A DNA stretch of 32,106 nt, from the NCBI GenBank assembly GCA_019058015.1, contig JAHLWH010000075.1, positions 1 to 32,106 of the forward strand, read 5' to 3'. Both the position numbers and the translations under genes were made by a program. This document shows, one piece after another, positions 8,241 through 16,633 of this stretch. Numbering within the stretch: the first letter of the stretch is position 1; each line of letters begins with the position of its first letter. This DNA is from Promethearchaeota archaeon (lineage in GTDB: Archaea; Asgardarchaeota; Lokiarchaeia; Sigyniarchaeales; SOKP01). The notes beneath the pieces are model-generated. The model made no database searches. It was given only the letters and a program-made list of their open reading frames with translations, and was not told the DNA's origin.

Positions 8241-8316
8241 TTGTTTTTTACTTCCACTCTCCCCTCTCAGTGTCCTATAAATAGATTAGAGTGCGCGGAT
8301 TTACTGAATCAGTAAA
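8241..8316 (+). repeat. Dispersed island repeat, copy 4
   Basis: Contains CACTCT...AGAGTG arms and the perfect palindrome TTTACTGA-A-TCAGTAAA (8300-8316). Confidence 0.95.
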
Positions 8317-8370
8317 AATTTAAATTATCAAACATCCTAATCATTTTTGTCGATAAATAAATTAACAAAA

Positions 8371-8535
8371 ATGGAAAAAAGAAAGATGAAAATAGAAATC
8401 GATCTTCCTGATGAAGAATATAAAAAATTAAAAGAAATCTATAAAATATTTGAGAAAGATATTAATGAATCTATAGAACATTTAACAATAAATTTAATAA
8501 AAGATTCTTTAACTGAAATCAAGTCTCTGATATAG
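8371..8535 (+). CDS. Small RHH/CopG-like protein
   Basis: MKIEIDLPDEEYKKLKEI...IEHLTINLIKDSL; ATG at 8371 or 8386 preferred over TTG at 8347. Confidence 0.55.
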   Translation: MEKRKMKIEIDLPDEEYKKLKEIYKIFEKDINESIEHLTINLIKDSLTEIKSLI

Positions 8536-8677
8536 ATTTCTTTATTTCTTCTAATCTTCTTCTTACAGACTCATTAATAAATTCATGATGTGTTCTATAA
8601 CCCAATTCTTTATGCTCTTTAATGATTTTTAGGATTTCTTCTATAACTTCTTCTGGAATTTTTACAATGTTCGAAAT
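8519..8677 (-). CDS. Small CopG/NikR-like RHH protein, probable ATT start
   Basis: ISNIVKIPEEVIEEILKIIKEHKELGYRTHHEFINESVRRRLEEI matches the GYxxxxEFIxExVR pattern. GGGGGT SD lies 6 nt before ATT 8677. Missed by the ORF track. Confidence 0.65.
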   Translation of the reverse strand: MSNIVKIPEEVIEEILKIIKEHKELGYRTHHEFINESVRRRLEEIKKSISET

Positions 8678-8706
8678 AAATTGACCCCCAAATGAACCCC
8701 TTTTAA

Positions 8707-8809
8707 TGGTGCGCCCGCCGGGATTCGAACCCGGGCCCCTAACGTGGCAGGCTTTTATCTATTTCTTAAGTTAAGAAAATAAAGGATAATACCACTATAC
8801 TACGAGCGC
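8707..8809 (-). tRNA. tRNA-Gly(GCC) with 29-nt intron at position 28/29 (8754-8782), CCA encoded
   Basis: Acceptor GCGCTCG/CGGGCGC, T arm CCGGG-TTCGAAT-CCCGG, loop CTGCCAC. Removing 8754-8782 restores the anticodon stem CUAGC/GUUAG. Confidence 0.93.
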
Positions 8810-8840
8810 TTATTCTATAGATAAAAAAAAGAATATAAGA

Positions 8841-9860
8841 TTAAATATTAATTTTACTAATCGTTTGTTCAACTTGATTCTTTTCTATAAATTCCTCTAA
8901 GGCTTTTACGTTATTAGGTATTCCTTCTCTAACACCAGTATCGCTGCACTCTAAAGCAGACATAGCGGTTGCAATTTTGCATAATTTCGATAGTGAAAAA
9001 CCCATAAATAGTGAAATAATAATTCCACTCATAAACGCATCTCCAGCTCCCGTCGTATCTTCAACGGGAGTGTTAAATATATTAGTTCGAATCATCTCAT
9101 TTCCATCGAAAACAGTGGAACCATTGGCACCATCAGTTATTGAAATTAAATCAACACCCATTTTATGAATATCATTTAAAATATCAATTGTTGATAACTT
9201 ATTCGTAAATTCTGAAGCCTCTTCTTTATTGAAGGAGACTACATCAGATTTTACAATTAATTTTTTAGCCCACTGAGGATTATTTTTAATTATTGACATA
9301 CTGGGTGCAGCAAATACTTTTTTTCCAGCATTTTTAGTTAAATCAATTGCTTTATCTATAGCCTTACATCCACTTTCTGAGGTTAATGAAGTCCAAGCGA
9401 AGCCATCTATATCTTTAAATATTTCTTCCTTCACATTTTCTGGAGTTATTAAATTATTTGCGCCTTTGTAAGCCAAGATACTTCGATCTCGTCCCCATTC
9501 GGTTTTTAAAATTAATGAAAAGGCAGTAGAATCCTTATCCGTTTGAATAACATTATTTACATCAACATTTCTCTTTTTCAAATCATCAAGGCATATGGAA
9601 GCTGAAAAGTCTTTCCCAATAACGCCAATATAAATACCCTTCATGCCGATCATTGATAAATCAGCAGCAATATTTGTTGCAGAACCTCCAGGAACAAATT
9701 TAATATTTTCAACATTCAATTTGCGCGAATATTCAATGGCAGTGTATTTTTTGATAACTTCTTTTTCAAATAATTCAAATCTTAAGATATCTTTTATTTG
9801 AATGATACAATCTAAGGTGCAACTACCTATTGTTAATATTTTCAATTTAGATAAATCCAT
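8841..9860 (-). CDS. PfkB-family carbohydrate/nucleoside kinase
   Basis: GGSATNIA and DTTGAGDAF signatures. Confidence 0.93.
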   Translation of the reverse strand: MDLSKLKILTIGSCTLDCIIQIKDILRFELFEKEVIKKYTAIEYSRKLNVENIKFVPGGSATNIAADLSMIGMKGIYIGVIGKDFSASICLDDLKKRNVDVNNVIQTDKDSTAFSLILKTEWGRDRSILAYKGANNLITPENVKEEIFKDIDGFAWTSLTSESGCKAIDKAIDLTKNAGKKVFAAPSMSIIKNNPQWAKKLIVKSDVVSFNKEEASEFTNKLSTIDILNDIHKMGVDLISITDGANGSTVFDGNEMIRTNIFNTPVEDTTGAGDAFMSGIIISLFMGFSLSKLCKIATAMSALECSDTGVREGIPNNVKALEEFIEKNQVEQTISKINI

Positions 9861-10246
9861 AAATCTTATAAATAGATAAAATTTATATTCTTTTTGACTT
9901 TAACGTTGAAAATTTATATACTTACACTTCTATTTTCTCAGTCTCATTAAAAACATAAATAATATTATATATAAAAAAAAATTATTTTTTATCTAAAATA
10001 ATTAATTTAACATGCAAATTTAAACTTGATATGGTTTTTTCTATTTGACTGGAAAGAATCCTCTCTTATTCTACAAATAAACTTAATAAAAGTATTAAAG
10101 GCTTCATGAGCATTAATTCATAGATTTTTGAGAATGATATGAAGCAAATGCAGTTGGGTTAATCACTTAATTTTTAAAAGATTTTAAATGATGGGGTACA
10201 ATATAAGCATAAATTAAATTTAATAATTTGAAAATTGGGGATTAGA

Positions 10247-11317
10247 ATGAAATTTGGATTTAGTTCTTTATCAAATTTAGGAATAATAAAAAAAGATGTT
10301 AAACGTAAAAGAATCTCAAGTTATGATAAAACAGGAGCTAATATGGATAATGTATTAATAGAGCCAAAAAGTAAACATGAAGTTTGCAATATAAATAGAG
10401 CTGGAATTATTAAGCATATTTGGATGACAATATTATCTTCAGATCCAGATTATCTACGAAAGTTTGTAATTCGTATGTGGTGGGATAATGAAGAAAATCC
10501 TTCAGTTGAATGCCCAGTAGGTGATTTTTTCGGAATTGGACACGGTAAAAAAGTTAATTTTTGGAGTTTGCCTTTTTCTATGGGACCTCAAGATGGAAAA
10601 GGATTTAATTGCTTTTTTCCTATGCCATTTTCTACAAATGCGAGAATCGAATTAGAAAATGAAAGTGAAATTAGTTTTGTATGTTTTTACTACATTGATT
10701 ATGAAGAATATACAGAATTAGATTCTAGATTTGGCAGATTTCATGCAATGTGGCGCCGTGAAAATCCATGTAAAGGAAATGATTATAACATTGGAAAAAA
10801 AGTTGAGAAATGGATTAGAAAAAATCCTACTCATGAGAACGATTATCTAATATTGGAAGCAGAAGGTGAAGGACATTATGTTGGCTGCCATTTAGATATT
10901 CATAATCTATTAACTCCTGAATTAAGTAAAAAGAAGGATAGGTTTTGGCCAGGAGAAGGTGATGATTTTTTTGAGATTGACGATGGAGAAACAATACTTT
11001 ATGGTACAGGTACAGAAGATTATTTTTGCACAGCATTTGCACCTTTAGAATTCTATTGTTCTCCTGATTTTGGAATCACATTGCCAGGTGGTCAAAACTG
11101 GAGTGGAAAGATCTCTTATTACCGATATCATATTGAAGATCCAATTTATTTTAACAAGAATTTAAAAGTTAAAATCGAGCATGGTCATGCGAATCAAAGA
11201 TCTGATGATTATTCTTCTACTGCTTATTGGTATCAAACAGAACCACATAAAAAGTTTCAGCCACTTTTATCGGTAAATGAGAGGTTACCTCGAGAAGAAC
11301 CTAAGGAAATTCCTTAA
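10247..11317 (+). CDS. DUF2961 / glycoside hydrolase family 172 protein
   Basis: SSYD, GIIKHIWMT, PVGDFFG, WPGEGDD and GTGTEDYF motifs; ATG 10247 preferred to TTG 10235. Confidence 0.88.
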   Translation: MKFGFSSLSNLGIIKKDVKRKRISSYDKTGANMDNVLIEPKSKHEVCNINRAGIIKHIWMTILSSDPDYLRKFVIRMWWDNEENPSVECPVGDFFGIGHGKKVNFWSLPFSMGPQDGKGFNCFFPMPFSTNARIELENESEISFVCFYYIDYEEYTELDSRFGRFHAMWRRENPCKGNDYNIGKKVEKWIRKNPTHENDYLILEAEGEGHYVGCHLDIHNLLTPELSKKKDRFWPGEGDDFFEIDDGETILYGTGTEDYFCTAFAPLEFYCSPDFGITLPGGQNWSGKISYYRYHIEDPIYFNKNLKVKIEHGHANQRSDDYSSTAYWYQTEPHKKFQPLLSVNERLPREEPKEIP

Positions 11318-11473
11318 AAAGATAAATTATTTTTTTATACTCGTCTAGTACACTTATACGATTTCTATAGATATTGAAGACGTAACTATTTTAAAGAATA
11401 AAATCAAAATTTATCTAACAAATTTTTTTTGATTTAAATTAAAAAAACTAATTTATTAAAAATTGGGATAAAT

Positions 11474-12865
11474 ATGAGTGAACTTGAGAAGGAGAGTAGT
11501 GTCTCAAACTTAAACATGGCCTCTTACAGTATGGCAGAATTTATATACATGGTATTTAGTGGAATCTTCGGTTCGTTTTTCATTTTTTACTGGGAAACTG
11601 AAGTGGGATTAAATATATGGATTGTGACGCTTGGTTATATAATTTATGCAATCTGGAATTCAATTAATGATCCTCTTGTTGGTTACTTCACTGACAAACC
11701 CAATAAACTTTGGAAAAAATATGGTAAGCGATTTCCGTTCATTATTATTGGAGGAATTCCTTCAATTTTTATGCTTGCACTTATTTTTACTCCACCTTAC
11801 TTGGATCCCATAACCGGAGCATGGATATATTTTGGATGGATATTATTATCCTCATGCATGTATGAGCTATTTTACACAATTTTCCAACTTAGTAATGCGG
11901 CATTATTTCCAGATAAATTTCGTTCTGATAATGAACGAAGAAAGGCAGGTTTCTTTCGCATGGGATTAGGACTTGTGGGTACTGCAGTTGGGTTAATCAT
12001 TCCTCCACTGTTTATTTCTTATGGAGATCGCCAATCCTATACTAATATGGCATGGATATTTGTTGTTCTTAATCTGGTCTTTTTCTTGACAATTATTCCT
12101 GGACATAGAGAATCAGCGCAAATGAGAGAAAGATATATGCAAGAACCAAGTGCTGAAAAGAAGTTGCCGTTTTTGAAAACAATGAAAATCGTGGTTACTC
12201 AGAAGAATTTTATTGTATATATGATTGTTTTTCTATTTGATGGAATTATCGGTGCGTGTCTAGTAGGATCTATACAATATGCTACTAAATATATATTACT
12301 GGAGGACCCGACAATGTCTATTATCGTTTTAGCCGGATTTCTTTTAGGTTCTTTAGGATCGATATTCTTTTGGCTTATTTTTTCACAAAAGTTAAATAAT
12401 AATAGAAAAATGTTAATAATTGGCGTTTTTCTAAATACGATCTTCTTATTTCCATTTATGTTTGTACAAGGATTACTTGGTTTTGTTATAGCTGCAGTAA
12501 TATTGGGAATTGGAGGAGGTGCGCTGAGAATAGGAAGAAGTCCTGTTTTAGGTGACACGATTGATGAAGCTACTGTCAAATCAGGTCAAAGACTTGAGGG
12601 TTCTTATATGGGAGTGTACGCTTTTTTTGTTAGGTTTGGACTTATTGGCCAAATATTGATTTTTGCAATAGTACATGAATTAACTGGATTTAATGCAGAT
12701 GTACTAATTCAAACTGAATTAGCTCTATTTGGAATACGTGCTCATTTAGCATTGATACCAATGATCTTAACTCTCATTGGTTTAGTCATTTTCATTTTTG
12801 TGTATGACCTTACTCCTGAAAGAACAAAAGAAATTAAAGAAAAATTAAAAGAATTAAATTTATAA
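11474..12865 (+). CDS. MFS transporter, GPH (MelB-like) family
   Basis: About 12 TM helices; WNSINDPLVGYFTD and GKRFPFI. Confidence 0.9.
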   Translation: MSELEKESSVSNLNMASYSMAEFIYMVFSGIFGSFFIFYWETEVGLNIWIVTLGYIIYAIWNSINDPLVGYFTDKPNKLWKKYGKRFPFIIIGGIPSIFMLALIFTPPYLDPITGAWIYFGWILLSSCMYELFYTIFQLSNAALFPDKFRSDNERRKAGFFRMGLGLVGTAVGLIIPPLFISYGDRQSYTNMAWIFVVLNLVFFLTIIPGHRESAQMRERYMQEPSAEKKLPFLKTMKIVVTQKNFIVYMIVFLFDGIIGACLVGSIQYATKYILLEDPTMSIIVLAGFLLGSLGSIFFWLIFSQKLNNNRKMLIIGVFLNTIFLFPFMFVQGLLGFVIAAVILGIGGGALRIGRSPVLGDTIDEATVKSGQRLEGSYMGVYAFFVRFGLIGQILIFAIVHELTGFNADVLIQTELALFGIRAHLALIPMILTLIGLVIFIFVYDLTPERTKEIKEKLKELNL

Positions 12866-13298
12866 TTTTTTTCTTTTATCTTATTTTATTTTATTTTTTT
12901 TATTACATTATCATGCCAAATAAATTACGTAGACTCACAAAATTACAAATGATTTTTTTCTGAATAAATTAGAAAAATTAGTAAAAGAAGCTAAACTTGG
13001 ACTAAATGAATTAGCGAAAACTTACCCAATTTCTAAAGAGGATTATGAATTTGAAATGTCTTGGTGGAATAAATACTAAATCTTTCTTAAGTATTTAAAG
13101 AGGAGAAAAAATTTCACCATTATATAAAAAAGTCGAAAATATCGCCGAAAAAATCATATCTTACATTGGCTGAATTTTCAAATTTTTATCATTAAGTTTA
13201 AATAACAATTTAATAAACTTATAACTGTTTTTTTAAAAAAATTTTTTAAAAAATATTAGGGTCTTTTAAATTTAGATTTTGTTAAAAGTCAAAAAAAA

Positions 13299-13688
13299 CT
13301 ATTCAAATTCTATCACTGTCCCGCACATACTACATATATTTTCCCCCTTTTTAACTTCTGCTCCACAAAAACGACAATAGAGTATTTGTTCACTATATAT
13401 TATGGGCGTTTCTGGGAGTATTGTTGTTTGAGACACACTCTGAGCGCGTTTCCAATTAGGTGGATAACTAAGAATTCTTGTGGTTTTAAGAGTCTTTTGG
13501 TTACATATATCGCAACGTCCTCTTTTTAGATTTCTACTGCAAGAATTGCAAATAACCCTCTCACAATTGGGACATAAGCGAACTTCAACCCATGGATTTT
13601 TTTTTGCAATATCTCTTCCACAAATATCACATGGTAGTGGGGGCTTCGGTTCTTTATCAACCTTAAAAAATTTCTTTATGAAAGACAT
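13299..13688 (-). CDS. Cys-rich protein: 8-Cys FYVE/RING-like finger plus C-terminal zinc ribbon
   Basis: CDIC-x15-CPNC-x4-CNSC-x8-CDIC and CRFC-x10-CSMC; 22 bp downstream of the ESCRT-III gene. Confidence 0.7.
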   Translation of the reverse strand: MSFIKKFFKVDKEPKPPLPCDICGRDIAKKNPWVEVRLCPNCERVICNSCSRNLKRGRCDICNQKTLKTTRILSYPPNWKRAQSVSQTTILPETPIIYSEQILYCRFCGAEVKKGENICSMCGTVIEFE

Positions 13689-13710
13689 TTTTAGATTTTT
13701 AATTTAATTT

Positions 13711-14358
13711 TTAGTCATCAGATTCTTTCAATTCTTTAAGCTCATTTTCTAGATCTTTAATTCGTTGATCCCCACCCACTGTTGGGAGTTGTATTCCTGT
13801 TTCAACCGAGATTTCAGCATCGATCTCGCCTAAAACATTCATTACCTCTTCATTCGAAACACTTGTATCAACATTAATGTTTTCAATTCCATCTGCAGTA
13901 ATTTCTTCGGTAACTTGGAAGTCTTCAATTCCGATATCAATATCTTTGATTGTTTCGGTTATTTCAGGAATAGATATCTGTGATTTTAATCCTGAAACGG
14001 AACCAGCTATTGCTTTCATAATTCCAGCAACATCTTTAATTGCGGAGGCTTGTTCTAACTTAAATTGCAATCCTTCAAGATTTAATTTAAAGGTTGAAAT
14101 TCCTTTTGACCATTTTTTAAATTGTAAATAACCTCGGGCATGAACTTCAGCACCTTTCATATCCCCTTCTTTTCGCAATTTTACAGCTTTAGTTCTTGCC
14201 TGTTTTGCTTTCGCTTCAAGTTTTTTTGCTTGTCTTTCTAAGCGCTTGTTAAAGATTTTAAGTTTAACGGTAACGGATCTAATATCCCGATCTTTTGATC
14301 TACCACCACTTAACCAACCACTTACGTCTTTTAGAAAACCCAAAATGATTCTACTCAA
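13711..14358 (-). CDS. vps2: ESCRT-III subunit, Vps2/24/46 class (Snf7 fold)
   Basis: Basic N-terminal helical hairpin, acidic C-terminal half, terminal DLENELKELK helix; divergent from Vps4. Confidence 0.85.
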   Translation of the reverse strand: MSRIILGFLKDVSGWLSGGRSKDRDIRSVTVKLKIFNKRLERQAKKLEAKAKQARTKAVKLRKEGDMKGAEVHARGYLQFKKWSKGISTFKLNLEGLQFKLEQASAIKDVAGIMKAIAGSVSGLKSQISIPEITETIKDIDIGIEDFQVTEEITADGIENINVDTSVSNEEVMNVLGEIDAEISVETGIQLPTVGGDQRIKDLENELKELKESDD

Positions 14359-14503
14359 TTATTTTAAAATTAATCTTCTTAAAATTACTTAAGAATTAAA
14401 TATTTATTTTAATATATATCTTAAAAAATATTTAAGATATTTCAATCTATTTTTATTAGTAGAGATATCTTAAAAAATATATTCTGTTGAGAGTAAAAAT
14501 TAA

Positions 14504-15721
14504 ATGAGTTCTTTAGATTCTAAGTTGTTTTCTTTTGCAATGAAAGAAGCAAAAGAAGCAGTTGAGTATGATAAAAAGGCTGAATATCAAAAAGCCATTA
14601 ATAAATATAGTAGAGCAGCTGAAATATTAATTCAATTTGCAAAATACAATAAAAATCCAAGTTTGCAAAAACTATGCCAAGAAAAAATTCACGAATATGT
14701 CTCCCGTGCTAAAACATTAAAAAGAAGTTTGAAACCTTATATAAAAGGAAGGATTTCAACTCGTAAGAGAGTAACTAAAAAGGGAATAGATTCAGAAGAA
14801 ATCGAAGAAGAGGAGATTTTAACCAAAGAGCAACAAGAACTTAGAGAAACCATATCAGGAACAATTATTACGGAAGTTCCGAATATCCGATGGGAAGATA
14901 TTGCTGGTTTAACAGATTGTAAACAATCACTTAGAGAAGCAATAGTCTTGCCAATAATGAGACCAGAATTATTTACCGGTGCTAGAAAGCCATGGTCTGG
15001 TATTCTTTTATATGGTCCTCCTGGTTGTGGAAAAACTCTGCTCGCTCAAGCGGCAGCAACAGAATGTGAAGCAACTTTTTTTAGTGCATCAGCTGCTGAA
15101 TTATTATCAAAATGGCTTGGGGAAAGTGAGAAATTAATTAGTTCATTATTTAAATTAGCAAGACTTGAAGCACCAAGTATCATATTTTTTGATGAAATTG
15201 ATTCGATCACGACTTCGAGGGGATATGGTTCGGAAAGTGGTGGAGAGAGAAGAATTAAAACTCAATTATTAGGTGAAATTCAAGGACTTAAATCAAGGAC
15301 TGAAAAATTACTTTTAATTTTAGGTGCAACAAATCGACCTTGGGATATTGATACAGCAATGTTGCGAAGATTTGAGAAAAAAATTTATGTCCCTATCCCA
15401 GATGAAGAAGCGAGAGAAGCAATTTTTAAAATACATACAGCTGGGGTAAATCTCTCACTTACAGATGATGATTTTAGGGAACTTGGAGAAAGAACTGCGG
15501 GATATTCCGGATCTGATATTGCTAATGTCTGTAGAGAAGTGATTATGAGACCGATAAGAGAGTTAGATATGAGTGGAAAAATAACTGCCGAAGCAGAGGA
15601 AATTATCGTTAGAGATGTAAATATAGAAGATTTTAACAAAACACTTAAAAAAATTAAACCAATTGTATCTGAAAAAGAAATAAAGAGATACCATGAGTGG
15701 TTTGAACAATTTGGTGAATGA
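14504..15721 (+). CDS. vps4: Vps4 AAA+ ATPase with N-terminal MIT domain
   Basis: MIT (AKEAVEYD...YVSRAKTLK), Walker A GPPGCGKT, pore loop SKWLGESEK, Walker B FFDEID, ATNRPWDID...RRFEK. Confidence 0.95.
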   Translation: MSSLDSKLFSFAMKEAKEAVEYDKKAEYQKAINKYSRAAEILIQFAKYNKNPSLQKLCQEKIHEYVSRAKTLKRSLKPYIKGRISTRKRVTKKGIDSEEIEEEEILTKEQQELRETISGTIITEVPNIRWEDIAGLTDCKQSLREAIVLPIMRPELFTGARKPWSGILLYGPPGCGKTLLAQAAATECEATFFSASAAELLSKWLGESEKLISSLFKLARLEAPSIIFFDEIDSITTSRGYGSESGGERRIKTQLLGEIQGLKSRTEKLLLILGATNRPWDIDTAMLRRFEKKIYVPIPDEEAREAIFKIHTAGVNLSLTDDDFRELGERTAGYSGSDIANVCREVIMRPIRELDMSGKITAEAEEIIVRDVNIEDFNKTLKKIKPIVSEKEIKRYHEWFEQFGE

Positions 15722-15750
15722 TAAATAGTAATTAGGTGCATCCTTGAACG

Positions 15751-16632
15751 ATGGAAAGACAAAAAGCTAAAGAAGTCCCAAAAGAAGAAATTGCTGTATC
15801 AGATGAAAAAATTGAAGAACTAAGGAAAGAATTAGAAAGTCTTAAAAAAAAAAAAGAATTAAAAGTTAAAGCAGAACAACAAAAGGTTAAGGAAAAAGAA
15901 GGGCTAACAATTTCTATTGATTTAGATGATATAGAGAAAAGATTAGATGCTATAGAAGAATTTCTTGAAGAAAAAACTCAAAAATCTGAGGTTCTAATTA
16001 AAACAAAAGATTTAGATGAGATTGAGAAAGAACTTCAGTCTATCGAAAGCGAAATTGTAATTGAACCAAAGGTTATAGAAAAGGAATTAACTTCTTATGA
16101 AAAATTAATTAAAGAGCATCCATGGCTTGAAGAAACTAGATATGAATATATGTTTTCTGCTCCAGATAAAAAGAAAAATGCTAAAGATTATCAATCTTGG
16201 TTAATTGAGTGGAGCCAAGTAATTTATGATTATGCCCGAATATCGATATTGCACGTTCTCTATATTAGAAAATTAAATGCTGAGAAACCATTTTCTAAAC
16301 TACGCAATAGAGATGGCGCAATCGCCGCAATAGCTCAAAAATTAGTGGATCAAAATATTGGAGTATGGTTAAATAAAAAAAAGAAAGAAGCATTAAGAAT
16401 TTATTGGAAAACTTTGGATGAATGGGCAGAAGAAATGCTTGATTGGGCACGGGAAAACGGTAAATTAGAACCAATTCTAACTTTTGAGATCAGGGAGTCT
16501 GGAGAGCTTTTCGCAGAATTACCAAAAAGGGATTTGACGCGGATATTTAAAAGATTAGAAAAAGAAGGCAAAGGAGAAGTAATTAAATCTGAAGATGGAG
16601 ATATTACCTTTAAAATAAATTTAAATTATTAG
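15751..16632 (+). CDS. vps25: ESCRT-II Vps25-like protein with ~110 aa N-terminal helical extension
   Basis: W-x3-W-x3-I and IYWKTLDEWAEEMLDWA match Vps25 winged-helix motifs; follows vps4 with AGGTG SD. Confidence 0.85.
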   Translation: MERQKAKEVPKEEIAVSDEKIEELRKELESLKKKKELKVKAEQQKVKEKEGLTISIDLDDIEKRLDAIEEFLEEKTQKSEVLIKTKDLDEIEKELQSIESEIVIEPKVIEKELTSYEKLIKEHPWLEETRYEYMFSAPDKKKNAKDYQSWLIEWSQVIYDYARISILHVLYIRKLNAEKPFSKLRNRDGAIAAIAQKLVDQNIGVWLNKKKKEALRIYWKTLDEWAEEMLDWARENGKLEPILTFEIRESGELFAELPKRDLTRIFKRLEKEGKGEVIKSEDGDITFKINLNY

Positions 16633-16633
16633 A

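Larger units (their letters stand above)
1..8706. mobile_element. Accessory/defence island abutting the tRNA-Gly 3' end; left boundary not in window
   Basis: Defence genes, ParB, multiple RHH genes, pseudogenes and an island-restricted repeat; core metabolic genes begin on the other side of the tRNA. No integrase seen. Confidence 0.7.

Noticed and set aside
8245-8266. Minus-strand GGGGAGAGTGGAAG as an ORB replication-origin box
   Set aside because: Lacks the TCCA-N-TGGA dyad, the other copies read GTGAAAG or CTGAAAG, and no orc1/cdc6 gene is nearby.
8290-8302. GTGCGC...GGATT in the repeat as a duplicated tRNA 3' end (attL/attR)
   Set aside because: Only 6 + 5 nt match the tRNA with a 6-nt gap and the T arm is absent; too weak.
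1873-8316. Island repeats as a CRISPR array
   Set aside because: Spacing is 1-3 kb and contains genes, repeats are long and divergent, and no cas genes are present.
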